A stretch of 63,992 nucleotides of DNA, counting the filler, from Hyphochytrium catenoides (Eukaryota; Protista; Hyphochytriomycota): assembly GCA_900088475.1 (NCBI GenBank). It is 16 parts of 16 records of this genome, joined end to end, with 100 filler letters (N's around TTAATTAATTAA, not from the genome) between each part and the next. Parts side by side here need not be neighbours in the genome. Positions count along the whole stretch, not along the records: positions 47,201 to 55,047 come from FLMG01004194.1; positions 55,148 to 56,392 come from FLMG01004752.1; positions 56,493 to 57,626 come from FLMG01000583.1; positions 57,727 to 60,219 come from FLMG01003196.1; positions 60,320 to 62,071 come from FLMG01000361.1; positions 62,172 to 63,992 come from FLMG01002379.1; 10 more parts are not named here. One strand, written 5' to 3'. A program made the translations under genes and the position numbers. The notes under the pieces are model-generated. The model was not told the origin of the DNA, ran no database searches, and saw only the letters and a program-made list of their open reading frames with translations. Below are positions 49,869 through 62,206 of the stretch, in pieces; position 1 is the stretch's first letter; the number at the start of each line of letters is the position of its first letter.

Positions 49869-52800
49869 CTAAAGTCGCTGCTTCTGGACAACGAAGTACC
49901 TATTGTCAATGTACGACTTTTTGTCATGACAAGGCATGAGCATAGCTACATTGTCTATTGTAGAAACTCTGACGAACGCTTTTTTGCGGCTCAGGGTTCG
50001 AGCCTCTCTTTTCATTTCAATGTACGGAAGCTTGTCATTGTCCAACATAACTTGAAACCAGCGACAGTTGGCAAGGATGAGATCTTTGCCGTCATCCTCG
50101 AAGTGTGGAAGGATTCTTCTTGCGTCCAAAAAGTAATGAACTTGCCCAATCCATGCTTCTTCCTCTCCTGTGTCAGGGTTCTCCTCCTTAACGCTTACAT
50201 AACTGCAGCTTGAAGATAGCCGCTCTTCCAGGCCAATGCAGCGCACCTGAGTATCCCCAAGATATAACGATCCATACCGAGTGCAGTCCTCTTTAAGAAG
50301 CTCTTGAAAACCTCGACAATGTATGTCTACACTCTGCCTTACTAGAGGGTCAACGGAGGCAGCCAACGCGGCCACCTCCGGGTTAGTGCGGAAGCGGTGC
50401 AGGGCTTGTACTGAGTACTCAACGTTGGAGCCTACCGCCTTGTTCCACAAATGAGAATATCCTGAGTCGTTGGCCAAACAAAAGTTATGCAACGAACACA
50501 CTTCCATCGCCCGAGCAAGGACTTCCATAGTCATCTTAGGGCTCAACCTCCGTCCTAAGACAAGGTCTCGACGAGGCCGTCCGGTCAGTGCCCAAGGGGG
50601 AAAAGAGTGTGTAAAAGTACTCTGCTTGGCACGGTGATCAGTCTCATTGTCAACGACTTCATCTTCCTCCTCATCCGTGATGGCCGGGTCCGATAGCTGA
50701 GGTCCAGTGCTAGCTGTCCTTGTTCTGTTGTCAAGATTTTGTCTACCGCACGGGAATATGAGAGCACGGCTAAGGTACTTCTCCCCTTTGTGGGTCCGTT
50801 GACAATATGCGCATCCTTGAAGGTGACGGTTGTAGACCACCAGACAGGCAGAAAGTAATAATTGGTGACCCGAGGTAAGGTCCGCCGCCGGATTTTTGCG
50901 CGAATGAATGCCTCTCCTCACCGGCGACATGTACCGCTCAAACGGAAACGCCCTACGTGGAAGCAAGGAAAGACAGATAGACCAGAAGGGCGAAGAAGAC
51001 GAAGTCTGAATGAAAAGGTTTTGCAATAATGCAAAAAAGGATATAGCCAATAGCTTACCAGATGTCGCAGACTCTGGCCCAAACCTCAATCTAGAGCAAG
51101 GTATTCAAGTCGTTAGAGGAAAGACGAGGGGATAGAGGCAGTACCTGGGTGTGCCTCCAAAATGTAGAAACATCGTGAAGAGATGAGGTCAGGATTAGGC
51201 TTCACCGCCAAAAGCTCCTTTGAAGCGGCTGCTATCTCAGGCTTGTCAAGATTGTAGGCAGCCTTTCCTCGGTGGCTGTACCGACGTTTCTTAGTGCTTC
51301 GACGGCGGTCATCCTTCGGGCCCTGTTGAAAGCAGGTTATCATACATAGAGGTGGACCAATTACAATCTATAACAATGATGTCATATGAGCACGGAGCAC
51401 TGACAATCGGCGGTACAGCCACCAACGGACCACAGAGCGGGATAAGTACTGCTTACTTTCGGGTCAGGACTCTGTCGCTCTCCCTCTGCACTACTCCCTC
51501 CTCCCTCAGTGGCATGCTCCTCTCTTCTTCTCTTTTCTACCAGCATTCAGTACACCAAAGAACGGAAGGTAAGAAGGAAGCCTAACTATTGCCTGCGGAA
51601 GCAACAAACAGATGAAGTGATGCTAACTGTGCTGACATACCTGCCGAGAGCGAACTTTTTTTCTTCCTAAGGCTCTTTCCTTTCCTAGCCTTGGTACCTC
51701 TGGAGGGTGATAACAATGGTGGTGGTGGTGGCGGCGGCGCCTGAAAGATAGCTTTTCTTTAATAGATCAGACGCATAATGACCTCGCTGCGTCTCTTTGT
51801 AATGCGTTTCTTGATGAAGAGCCTTTTCCGGTGTGCTCGTCTGATACTAGCACTATCGATCTTCCCTACCATAACGTGAACTAGTCGTGCGACGGCACCT
51901 GATATGACATGCATGGGGTCGACCCCTGAGAGTTTTGATATTAGCTTGCGGGGCGAGCTCCGAGAAAATGATGTAGGTGCCATACTGCGCCCTGTAACGT
52001 ACCTTGCATACTCCCATAATCGAAGCCTGGAATAGAAGCTATGCATGATCTGAACTTGAAAAGTGACTGATGATCGTCCTCTAGAGGTCAGGAAAAGATA
52101 ATCATGAGCTTGACAAGCTGAAGTAAGTGTCAAAGAAGAGATATCTTACCGTCTTCGTTGACAGACTCAGACTCTTTTAGGTACTGATCGTTAGAAATCT
52201 TCTCATACTTATTCTCTGGGTCCAGAAAGAACATAGCCGTCAGTCAGCAGTATGAGGCCAGTACTGGCCAGTACGTTCTCTTCATTACCTTAGCATGAGC
52301 TGGGGAATCGAGGGCCCAATAAAGCGGAATGGCGCGGGTCCTTATCTGCTCCTTTGTGTGAGCGTCATACACGAGCACGCCATTTTGGCGAAGGTCACGA
52401 AGCTCATCAATAATCGGGAGCAAGAAACTATCCAGATCTTGTCCTCTAGTACTCTTGGGTATCACGGTGAGTAAGGGCATAAAGAGCGGGTTAGTCCTCT
52501 CGTTGAACCTAAAGTTGGCTATCATTGCTATGACAGGCCAAACGGACTTGGTGCCGATCTGGAAGGGCGAAATGCCGTCCACATTAAAGAGTAGACCCAC
52601 ACTGGTCGATGAGTAGTGCTTGCCTTGAGCCTCAACGAAATGATACTTCCACCCCATTGAGTCCCAGATGTCATCGGCGTGACTTCCAAGGTCAGGCTGA
52701 GGATCGTTTCGTTCTTCCTCTTCTTTCCAGGTACGATAGCGATCGTGGTCTCTCATCATTTGCGCCGGACCCTCCAGCGCGAAGTAAAGCCTGAGATAGG

Positions 52801-52990
52801 AGGCAAGAGAAGTGTAGCTAACTCTGAGGTAGGGTGTCCTATTCGTGGTGTGTTTGTCATCCCTTGAAGTGGCAGTGTGAACATCGTATCCTTCGTTGGC
52901 TTGCCCAGTTGTGCTGTGTTCCCTACTTTCAGGTGCCTCCTTCTTCCATCGATTTTTCCCGCAAATCTTGCAGGCTGATGGAACCCATTG
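49869..52990 (-). mobile_element. CACTA/EnSpm (CMC, Tnp2-like) transposase, fragmented (introns and/or decay)
   Basis: CKICGKNRW, LLFNVDGISPF…SVWPV, DLDSFLLPIIDELRDL…GVLVYDA, LDSPAHAKV, VDPMH, PFERYMS and C-terminal WIGQVHYF…CRWF. Confidence 0.9.
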
Positions 52991-54803
52991 CGTACTACCA
53001 GACGACCTCTCCCTCCAACAACGGAGTCAACAGAAAGGAGGACAATACTCCTGCTGTTTCTCCCGATTTTACGACCGCCAGCAATGGAAACCCGTTGGCA
53101 TCCAATGCAATAAGCAGTAGCCTACTATCAAGCCCGACCACAACAACAACATCGACTCTGTCCGCTCCTCCTTCTACTGGCAATAGTACTGGAAATAGCG
53201 AAGCGACAGATGATGAGAAGAGCCTTGCCCAAAATCAAGGCGGTGAAGACTTGGAGTCATATTTGCTAAAGACACTTCACGCCTTTGTCATTGATGTGCT
53301 AACGGGGCCAGATCTAGTGTCTTTGGCTTCAAAAGACGGCGTGGTTGACCTTGTCAAAGATTTATCTATAAAGGAGAAGGTCTCTACTTTTATCAATCGG
53401 AGACTTCTTCCCGAGCTACAGTGCTTCTCTCTGACATCAGAACGTCAACAAAGGTCTCGACTCCTCAAGCCTCAAGTGAACAAGGAGGTCAATCACAAAG
53501 GCGAGACCCTGGTTACCGTGATAAGAAAGGGTGACCCGAAATTTAAGAAGATCCATGATGTAAGTAAACGTCTTCAAGCAGCACAATTTGCATCAGCGTC
53601 TTGTAACCTTGCCCTATTGACGAAGTCATCTGTCCTTCCCCTGTTTGTGCCAGGCTATATATCTTGCGCTCAGGAAAAATTTTCTCAAGTTGGGGGATGC
53701 CTGCGGTGGCAAAGTCTGCCTAAGGATGAAGCTCCCAACCTTCAATGACATCACTAAGTACCACGGCCCGAAGCTACAGGCCCTTGAAAAAGCCATTCAG
53801 ACTCTTGTTCCTGAGAGGACGATAGTCACCTTCGAGGCTATCAAAGAGCGGATCCAAAGGCTGGTCAATACACATAATCATAGAATACACTCTAAACGGT
53901 ACGTATCATTTACACAACGGGCCGAAGATGAGGCTTACGGTGATGTGATCTAGCGAGTTCTGTCAATGTCAAGGTCAGCCGACGAGCCCCGACGGTTCTG
54001 GGGAAAGCATTGCAGCCAGTACCACAGCAAAATCTAAGGAGGGCGCAACGGGTAGGATGTCTTCTGGGCAATCGAAGATGCGATGTGGCGCTTGTATTCA
54101 CGTTAGGTCATACACCACTAGAAAGTCGCAGGCAGTCAGACGTTGTGCCACCTGGTAGGGCCGGGGAACCTGCAAAAGTGCCCGCGAACGACTTAAGTGG
54201 TACATAAGCTTTGCACTGCTAAAAAATCTTCTCGTGATTAATAACTCCACCTCGCTGCGCAGGCAGAAAGATTAGGACGCTTCCAGTGAACCCTGCTAGA
54301 GTTAATACGGCACCGACGAGGAAGACTGAAGATAGTAGTGGTGAGGCACCCCAAGTCCAGTAAACCTTACAATCCAGGGCTAACTCTTCTCCTTGAAGCA
54401 TCAGAGGTGAGAGGCCAGCCCACTTCAACTGCACAACCCAAAACTGCAGAGGAGTACACAAGCACGACGAGTGATGCAAGCTCGTCTCGTGGGTCTAATA
54501 ATCAGCAGGTTATTTCAGCTTCAGCACTTCTTCCATTTTTCACATCTAAGCGCAGTGTAGCTGCCCTCCGCTGCCCCTAACCTCGCTTCTAGGCTCCTCT
54601 GCAGCGAATGCCAGATGGACGCAAGCGCAATCTCCCACAAGTGTGATGTGTGCAACGCTCCTTGCCATATCCAATGCGGACTTTCTATTGAAGAGGGATA
54701 CGGAGGAGCGAGACGCCATCATAAATGCGCCAAAAAGAAGGGCGTAAACACACAAGACGTTAACAAAGCAGGGCGCCCGCACCAACAAACACATACCGGG
54801 TAA
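52978..54803 (+). pseudogene. Divergently oriented companion ORF(s), frameshifted, ending in a PHD-like Cys/His finger
   Basis: Overlapping ORFs 52834-53748 and 53645-53953; HKCDVCNAPCHIQC…RHHKC at 54615-54803. Confidence 0.4.
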
Positions 54804-55147
54804 AGCATTCTCTCGTCATTCCCTCCTATTTCACCCATCTACATTTAAGCTAATGATCTCTATGGCTTGCTCCTGTCCTTTCCCTCTTGCGGTGATTTGA
54901 CCGCAGGCAGTCTTCAGGAAGAAGGAACGAGAGATCTGCTTCAGACACTGATACTCGGTCAGATACATTTGGACCAGCAGATGGTACGACAGAAAAAGTG
55001 GTTTCAACAGCCACAGTAACCACCAGAACTTCTAAGAGGCCCAACGCNNNNNNNNNNNNNNNNNNNNNNNNNNNNNNNNNNNNNNNNNNNNTTAATTAAT
55101 TAANNNNNNNNNNNNNNNNNNNNNNNNNNNNNNNNNNNNNNNNNNNN

Positions 55148-55369
55148 GTTGGGGACAATGAAGCTTTCATATTGTCGGGAGAGAGAGGCAAGCGCCGCCC
55201 AGTCCTCCTCACACACTGCGCAAACTCCGACCTTTTCCACTCCCGCGGCCTTGGCAGCCTCAATGACTTCATGCACTAAGCGTCTCTCTTTGTCTCTTCC
55301 TCCGTGTCCTAACCCCAGACGCAGCCGAGGCGAGGAAAGATGCGAGTGCACATCGAAGAGACGAGGCAT
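55148..55369 (-). CDS. tatD: TatD-family DNase, N-terminus
   Basis: MPRLFDVHSHL (DxHxH)…VIEAAKAAGVEKV…EEDW…IVPN; truncated by the linker. Confidence 0.88.
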
Positions 55370-57149
55370 CTCTCACTGGTTCTTTGGTGCCTCCACCATG
55401 CTACACGCAAGCCCTAGATAACGATGGGCCACAACGATGAAGAAGAAGAGTCAATCAAAGACGACCGATAATGAGTAGATATGGTGAAGAGATTGCAGTC
55501 TAGGTAGCGCCAAACAGCATGAGCAGGCCCGCGAGGGAAGCTCCGCGACTGATGCGTGATATAGAGAAAGATCTTGGTAACAGACGCAGGAAGGGCTTCT
55601 GATGACAATCAACGATGAACAGAGTCAGAGATAGCCGTTAGCGGCTATATCTATCAGTGTTCTTCGCTCTTTTTGCCCTTCCTTGCTGCACGCTTCATCC
55701 TTCTTCAACCTCTCTCACACCTTCCTCCCATCCCTGCACTTCCAGCCTGTGTGAGAACAAGCCCATCGCCAACGAAGAAGAGAGAGAGAAAGGGAGATAA
55801 GAAGGCGTTCAATCCGAGGACGTAGAGCCAGGAAGAGGAGAGAGTGCGCGATAGATAATGAGAGCTCCTCTCTATCTTTAAACCCTCAATCCCAAGCGTG
55901 GAACCAGCCAACAGGTAGCAGGGAGGCCAGGGGAGGAAGAGGAGGGGACGGAATGAAGGCTGCGCTTCTCTCCTTCCGGACGCCCACCTCTCCTCCTGCT
56001 GATACCTGGGTGGAGGGCTGGGAGGATCAGAAAGAGAGACAGCTTTTGGACGAAGAATGTGGCTGCGGAACTCTTCAGTCTCTGGATGCCGAACTTCTGA
56101 GGGATCCTGATGCGACCCCTTGTGATCGTAGCAGAAGCAAAACAGCGTCTCTCTTGCACCCTTTGTTCTTAGGTCTCTTCGCGGTCTTCCTTCTACACTT
56201 GCTGCGCGGTAGGTACTTTTCTCTCCTCTTGGTTGAGCAGTTGTGCTGGGTCGTTGGTCTCCCTTTCTCTCTCTCTCTCTCTCTCTCTCTGTTTCTGCTC
56301 CTGAAGTTTCGGTTGTACATTTCTGTCGCTACGTCTTCGCCCCACCGCATAAAGCTGACAGACCCGTCAGTCCTCTTCATCCCCGTATCGCTNNNNNNNN
56401 NNNNNNNNNNNNNNNNNNNNNNNNNNNNNNNNNNNNTTAATTAATTAANNNNNNNNNNNNNNNNNNNNNNNNNNNNNNNNNNNNNNNNNNNNAGAGAGAG
56501 AGAGAGAAATTGGCAAGAGACAAAAAGAGAAGAGGAGAAGAAGAGAGAGCAAGAGAGAACAAACCCGAGAGAGAGAGCAATCAGAGACCAACAGGGTACA
56601 AGGGATAGACAAAAGACAGCAAGAAAGAGAGACAAAGAGAGAGACACGCCAAGGAAGAGCTAGGAAAGCAAGGATAGCACAACGAGGGTAGAGAGAAGGG
56701 AGAAAGAGAGAGAGAGAAAGAGAGAAGAAGAGAGGAGAGAGGAGAGAGGACAAGCCAAGCAGAGATGAGAGAGAGAGGGAGAGAGAGAGAAAGAGAGTGA
56801 GAGGTTCAAGTAGGGGGAAAGAATGATACTTTGTGCGCGTGTCTTGGCCATCATGGATGTGAGGTGATGAGATGATGTGACCAACAGGAGCAGGATGGAG
56901 GGGAACAGGGAGAGAGACACGTATATGGTTCTAGACAGAGAGAGAGAGAGTGGGAGAAAGCGGGAGAGAGAGAGAGAAGGAAAGAAAGAGAAGGAGCGAG
57001 AGGAGAGAGAAAGGGAAAGGACATGGGGCGTCGTCTCCTAGAAGTACCACGGCTCTGAGGTGCTTCTGCTTGCTTCCTTACCACATAGCCAGCCACCACT
57101 GCATCTTAATTCCCTGCTTCTTGGTTGTCTTCCTATATTTCCTTCTCTG

Positions 57150-57183
<34 letters not shown>

Positions 57184-57432
57184 TCTCTCTCTCCCCCCCA
57201 AGCTTCTCTTTCTCTCTCCAGGACAAAAGTCCTCGCTCTGCTCCCTATAACCCAGAGAATCATTCGCCAACTTTCCTCGCTGTCGGCGCCTCTCTTCCTC
57301 CAAAAGAAGAGAGACCATCGCCAGCTTCAGAACAACAGCGCGCTCAACACCAGCGCCACAGGAATCAACATAAACAAAGAGACAAGAAGAGAAAGACAGG
57401 AGAGAGAGAAAGAAAGAAAGAGAGAGAGGAAG

Positions 57433-57592
57433 ATGGTTAAAGTGAAGCTCTCTATCGCCTATCGCACGGCCTGGGGCCAGAGCATCGTTCTCTGTGGGTC
57501 GGCTCCTGAGCTCGGGGCCTGGAACTGGGACAAAGCTGTGTATATGTACTTCTCTCAACCTGACATCTGGACTGCAGAGATAGACATTAAAG

Positions 57593-57594
<2 letters not shown>
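57433..57594 (+). CDS. First exon encoding a CBM20 starch-binding domain (DPE2/4-alpha-glucanotransferase-like)
   Basis: MVKVKLSIAYRTAWGQSIVLCGSAPELGAWN…IWTAEI followed by a GTAAG donor. Confidence 0.82.
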
Positions 57595-57626
<32 letters not shown>

Positions 57627-57726
57627 NNNNNNNNNNNNNNNNNNNNNNNNNNNNNNNNNNNNNNNNNNNNTTAATTAATTAANNNNNNNNNNNNNNNNNN
57701 NNNNNNNNNNNNNNNNNNNNNNNNNN

Positions 57727-60219
57727 AGACAGCGCTGCAGCTCGGTTGGAAGCATCATCTCTCCCTCTAGCGGCGTCCCTTCTTTCTCCGCAAGCATCTT
57801 AGCCCCTCTACGCAGAGGGGAGAGCACAGAAGAAGGAGGCTCCTGCTCTGCTGGAAGAATAAAAGGTGCCAGCAGTCTTCCAGCGAAAGAGAGCTGAGAG
57901 AGAGAGAAGCCGGGAAACGACCACGCCATAACTCTTTGCTCAGTGTCAAAGAGAGGAGGAGCCACAAAATGGATGAGAAGACGGAAATCTACCGGCTCGG
58001 CCGGGCTTTGTCTCTCTTCCTCTTCCTCCTTTTCAACTTCGTCTTTCCCGGGGGAGAGAGCCTGATGCAAGGCAGGAAAGAGAAGAGAGGGCGTATAAAG
58101 GAGCCTCTGACGGCTTCTTAAGCCTAAGACTTTGGTCCACATGCCAATGGTGGCTGGGGACGCGAGAGATGGAAATGGCCTGTCAAAGAGGACGCACTGC
58201 CAAGAAAGTGGGAGAAAGTAGGACAAGTCGAGAGAGAGGAGAGAAAAGGTTGTCACAAGGACGTGGAAGTTCGCCTCTCGCGTGTACAGCCCGCGAGAGC
58301 TCCACCAAGTCCGGAGCTGGGCTCGGTCCTTTGCATCTCCCCAGTAAGGCATCACACGCAGCTCCTAAGAGAGTAGCCAGATGAGGACAGAGAAGTCCAT
58401 TAGGGCGAGAAACGAGATGCAAGAAGGAGCAAAGTAGAGCAATGCCGTAAGAAAGCCAGAGGGGAAGAGAGAGAAACGTAAAGATAGACAGCGCATAGAA
58501 AATTATTGCAGAGAGAAACAAAAGCCGCCGCAATCCCGGCACCTACCTCCGCATATTCTCCGACAGAGTCTGCCCAAGACTCGACTGTCTCCTCGTCTGT
58601 GACGACAAGGAAGCAGCCCCAGAGGCCTACGGTGCAAAGATGGGAGAAGTAAGAGAGAATCTCCTGCTGCATGTGCTTCACATCCTTTCCTCCTAGAAGC
58701 ACAGCGTTCGCTCCTCGATCTCTCAACTTGAAGAGAGAAAGAAGTCGCTCAGCCTTCTTCTCCGGGTTTGGAAGGCCCTTCAGACTCTGCGTCAAACTCT
58801 CTTTGGAAGGCGCCATCAGAGCCACAGGTCCTCCCTCCCCTTCCTGTTTGACAGTTCCCTCTGTCAAGAAAGCGCCTGGGAAAGCGGGGACCTCGCTTGG
58901 GCTGACTCTCGCCTCTAGGGTTTCTTTCTCTCCCTCTTTCTCATCTCCTCCTTCTCCGTCATTGACTGGAGATTGCTCTGTCTTCGTCTCCTTCTGCTGC
59001 GTTGTTTCTTCTGCCCCGTCAAGGACGAGATCCAGCCAAGTCCAGGCCTCAGGAGCTACGGCTGCCTCGGGGCCGAACGGATTACTTATCTTCTTCGATA
59101 GCTGAATCACCTCATTCTCATCCACTGGTTCTCCGTCAATGATTACTTTTTGCCCATCTTGGCCTAGGGCGCGAGTCTGGAGCTGTTTGAAGTCCTGTTC
59201 CCACCGTCGAAGAGCCTTTCGTTGCCGTTCATAGCGCTCGGAGGCAGAGATGACAAAGGGAGAAGAAACAGAGTTAGGAGAGAGAGGGGTTGCATCTTCC
59301 TCCGGCACTTTGGCGCCTTCATCGGCTTCCCCGTGCTCTACCTTCACTAGAGAGGAGGACGAGGCCAGTAGCGGACGAGGAGAATTTGGAGAGAGAGAAG
59401 GCTGGGAAGTCATCTTGGGAGACTTCTCTTCCTTGATGCTCGCTTCCAACGCAGTTCCAGTCGCTTCTTCCGTCGACGTAGCGGTGTCTCCTTGTTCTGG
59501 GTCACCCCCTAAAGCCTTGGCGCCTGAGCTCTCATCCTGCTGTTTTTCGTCCTCCTCCTCCATTTTGGTGGGAGAGACACTCTCTCCTTCCGTCTGCTTC
59601 CCAATCTCCTCATTGTCTTCTTTTACTGGCTGCCGGATTCCCTGGATATAGTCTGAAAGCGCTTGGAACTCGGAGAGAAGATAGTCCCTCGTCTGATCCA
59701 GCTGCTGTCTCTCTTCCTCTCGCTTCCCAGCCAGCAGTGCCAGGGCTTCCTTTCGCTCTTCATCTCGCTGGGCCTCTGCTTCCTTTCTCCTTCTCTCCAC
59801 TTCCGCTGCTTTGGCCTGCAGAATGAGTCCTCTCACGACTCCAAACGCCTCACGCGCCATCTTTCTTCCTCTTTCTTGCGCGTCTTTAGCCAGCTTCTCT
59901 TCTTCCTCTTCCCGCCTGAGAAGTCGTTGCTGTGCCTTTTTGGCACACTCATACGCGATGTGCCTGGTGAACACTAGCCGTCCAACTCTTGCTTCTCCAT
60001 AATTTATAGCTCGGATGTAGAGCTCATTTCTCCCTTCTTCACTCAGAACTTCTGTCGACCAGTAAGAGCGGACTTTCTCTCCAATCCTCTTCTGAAGAGC
60101 GGCCTCTTCTTCTCCTTCTTCGTTCCGCTGTTTCCTACTCTGCAGAGAGAAAGAGAGAGTAGAGTCGAGAGAATGGGAGAATGCACGGTGCTCTAGTCTC
60201 TGACGAGTCATTTCCTTGG
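57727..60219 (-). CDS. INO80-like protein (DBINO-like helix plus Snf2 lobe 1) with degenerate ATPase motifs; intron 58546-58365; both ends truncated
   Basis: LWGCFLVV…W…|ELRVMPYWGDAKDRAQLRTWW…LYTREANFHVLVTTF…YF…W…RQRLL…LIHFVAPPLFD…LAPFIL is colinear with INO80. Confidence 0.88.
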
Positions 60220-61805
60220 NNNNNNNNNNNNNNNNNNNNNNNNNNNNNNNNNNNNNNNNNNNNTTAATTAATTAANNNNNNNNNNNNNNNNNNNNNNNNN
60301 NNNNNNNNNNNNNNNNNNNAACAGTCTCTCTTCAGGGCTTTCAATTCGGAAGGAGAGACAGAGAAGTGAGGTTGCCTCTCTAGGAGAGGAGGAGAAGGTC
60401 GTGGGGCAGGAGAAGAGAGAGGGACATGCTTGGCTGTCTCTTCTTCTTCTTCTTTCTTCTGCGTCAGTCGTCTTACCTGGTGACTGCTTCTCCCTGGTAA
60501 GGGACCAGGGATCTTCGTTCCACTGAGAAAAGAGAGAAAGCGAGTAGATTGGAGGAGCTGCCCTCTGACCATTGTACAGAGGGAAGGCAAAGCTGCCCTA
60601 TCTCATCGCTCTTTGTTCCTCCTCATCTTTCTCTCTCTGCTCCTCTCCTCCTCTCTTCTCTCCTCTTTCTCTGCCCCACTATCTTTCTCTCTCTCCCTCT
60701 CTCTTGTTCCTTGTCTGTCCTACTGTCTTTTCTTCCTCCCTTCCCACGCAGATCAAGTGGCCGCAACCTACTGACTCTTCTTTCCTTTTTATCTCAGGCT
60801 ATCGTTGCCACTCATTGGCTGCCTGGTCACCCAGCCCTGTCAAATGCAGAAGCATGCTGGAGTCAGAAGAAATGAAAGCGCGGTTGGGCTGGAGAGAGAG
60901 AGGGAAAGAGAGGAGCGATGCGCGCGGGCAGAGAAAGGATAGAAAGAAAGAGAGAGAGAGAGAGAGAAAGAGANNNNNNNNNNNNNNNNNNNNNNNNNNN
61001 NNNNNNNNNNNNNNNNNNNNNNNNNAGAGAGAGAGGAGAAGAGGTTGGTCATTTTGATGAGCGATAATTGTCATCTAAGAACATTTTTTTCTTGTATAGT
61101 TGACGTACGCTTGCCAAATTTACAAAGTTGTAAGGAATGAGCGGGTGTCTTTATGCACTCTTGTCAACATTATTTGACACCAAACCTCACAATTTATCAA
61201 CAAAGTTAGTTGTTGGATTGTGTGGTACGATTGTCAAATAAGAAGCATGATTCTGTTCATCTGCAGCAGCGAGAGAGAAAGAGAGGAGACTGGAAGAGAA
61301 AGTGATAAAGGAAAGAAAGAGACACTGTGAGAGCAGGACGGAAAGAAGAGAGAGGAAGAAAGAGAAAAGAATTCAGATGGTTGATGAGCGCAACGATGCT
61401 TGCGGGTGAGAGAGAGAGAGAGCGGTAGCGAGAGAATAAGGAAAGGAAGAGAGAGAGAGAGAGAACCAGGGTGTTCATCGGCCTGACTCCATCGATAGAT
61501 ACTCAAAAGAGCTAAGAGGAGGATTTGGGAGAAGGCTGCGACTTTCGGAATTCTAGTGCCTTGTCGGGTCATACGATGGAAGAAGACAGCGCCTAAGAAG
61601 GACCCAAGAGAGCCAAGCACTTTGCAATCTTCGTCCTTGTCCTGCGCGCCTTGGATGTCTCCTCCGTATCGCTTCCCCAAGCACTCTCCCTTCTTCTTCT
61701 TGATTGTCTAGCAAGACAAAGATACCAGGGAATAACGGTGAAAGGGGTAGGAGAGAGAGACTGAAGAGAGAGACTCTGCCATTGCCTCTTTCACTCTTTC
61801 CTTTG

Positions 61806-62071
61806 TCAGCTCTTCCCATCTCCGTTCTTCGTGCTCAACTTATACGTCTCCCTGGTTTCCATGTCCGCCACCAGGACGTCGCTCTCGTCACCATCCAGGA
61901 CTCCAAGGGCCGAGAGAGAGAGAAGAGAGAGAACACAGCTTCCTCCTGCAAACTTTGTACCTCTCTCCGTTCCCACTCTGTTGGAGGCTACAAAGTATAT
62001 CTCCTCTCCTTCTCTCCTCGCTTGCGCTATCAAAGGAGAGAGCCTCATACACCAGTAACGTATTGGCAAAG
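61806..62071 (-). CDS. C-terminus of a nitrilase-superfamily amidase (NTA1-like)
   Basis: YWCMRLSPL…FVASNRVGTERGTKFAGGSCV…DVLVADM. Confidence 0.72.
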
Positions 62072-62171
62072 NNNNNNNNNNNNNNNNNNNNNNNNNNNNN
62101 NNNNNNNNNNNNNNNTTAATTAATTAANNNNNNNNNNNNNNNNNNNNNNNNNNNNNNNNNNNNNNNNNNNN

Positions 62172-62206
62172 CCTAACCCTAACCCTAACCCTAACCCTAA
62201 CCCTAA
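62172..62206 (+). repeat. Telomere (CCCTAA)n at scaffold start
   Basis: About 6 perfect units at the scaffold edge, with the C-rich strand 5'. Confidence 0.93.

Noticed and set aside
1970-62171. Regularly recurring TTAATTAATTAA as a biological repeat or CRISPR-like array
   Set aside because: It is always centred in 88 Ns; it is an assembly linker.
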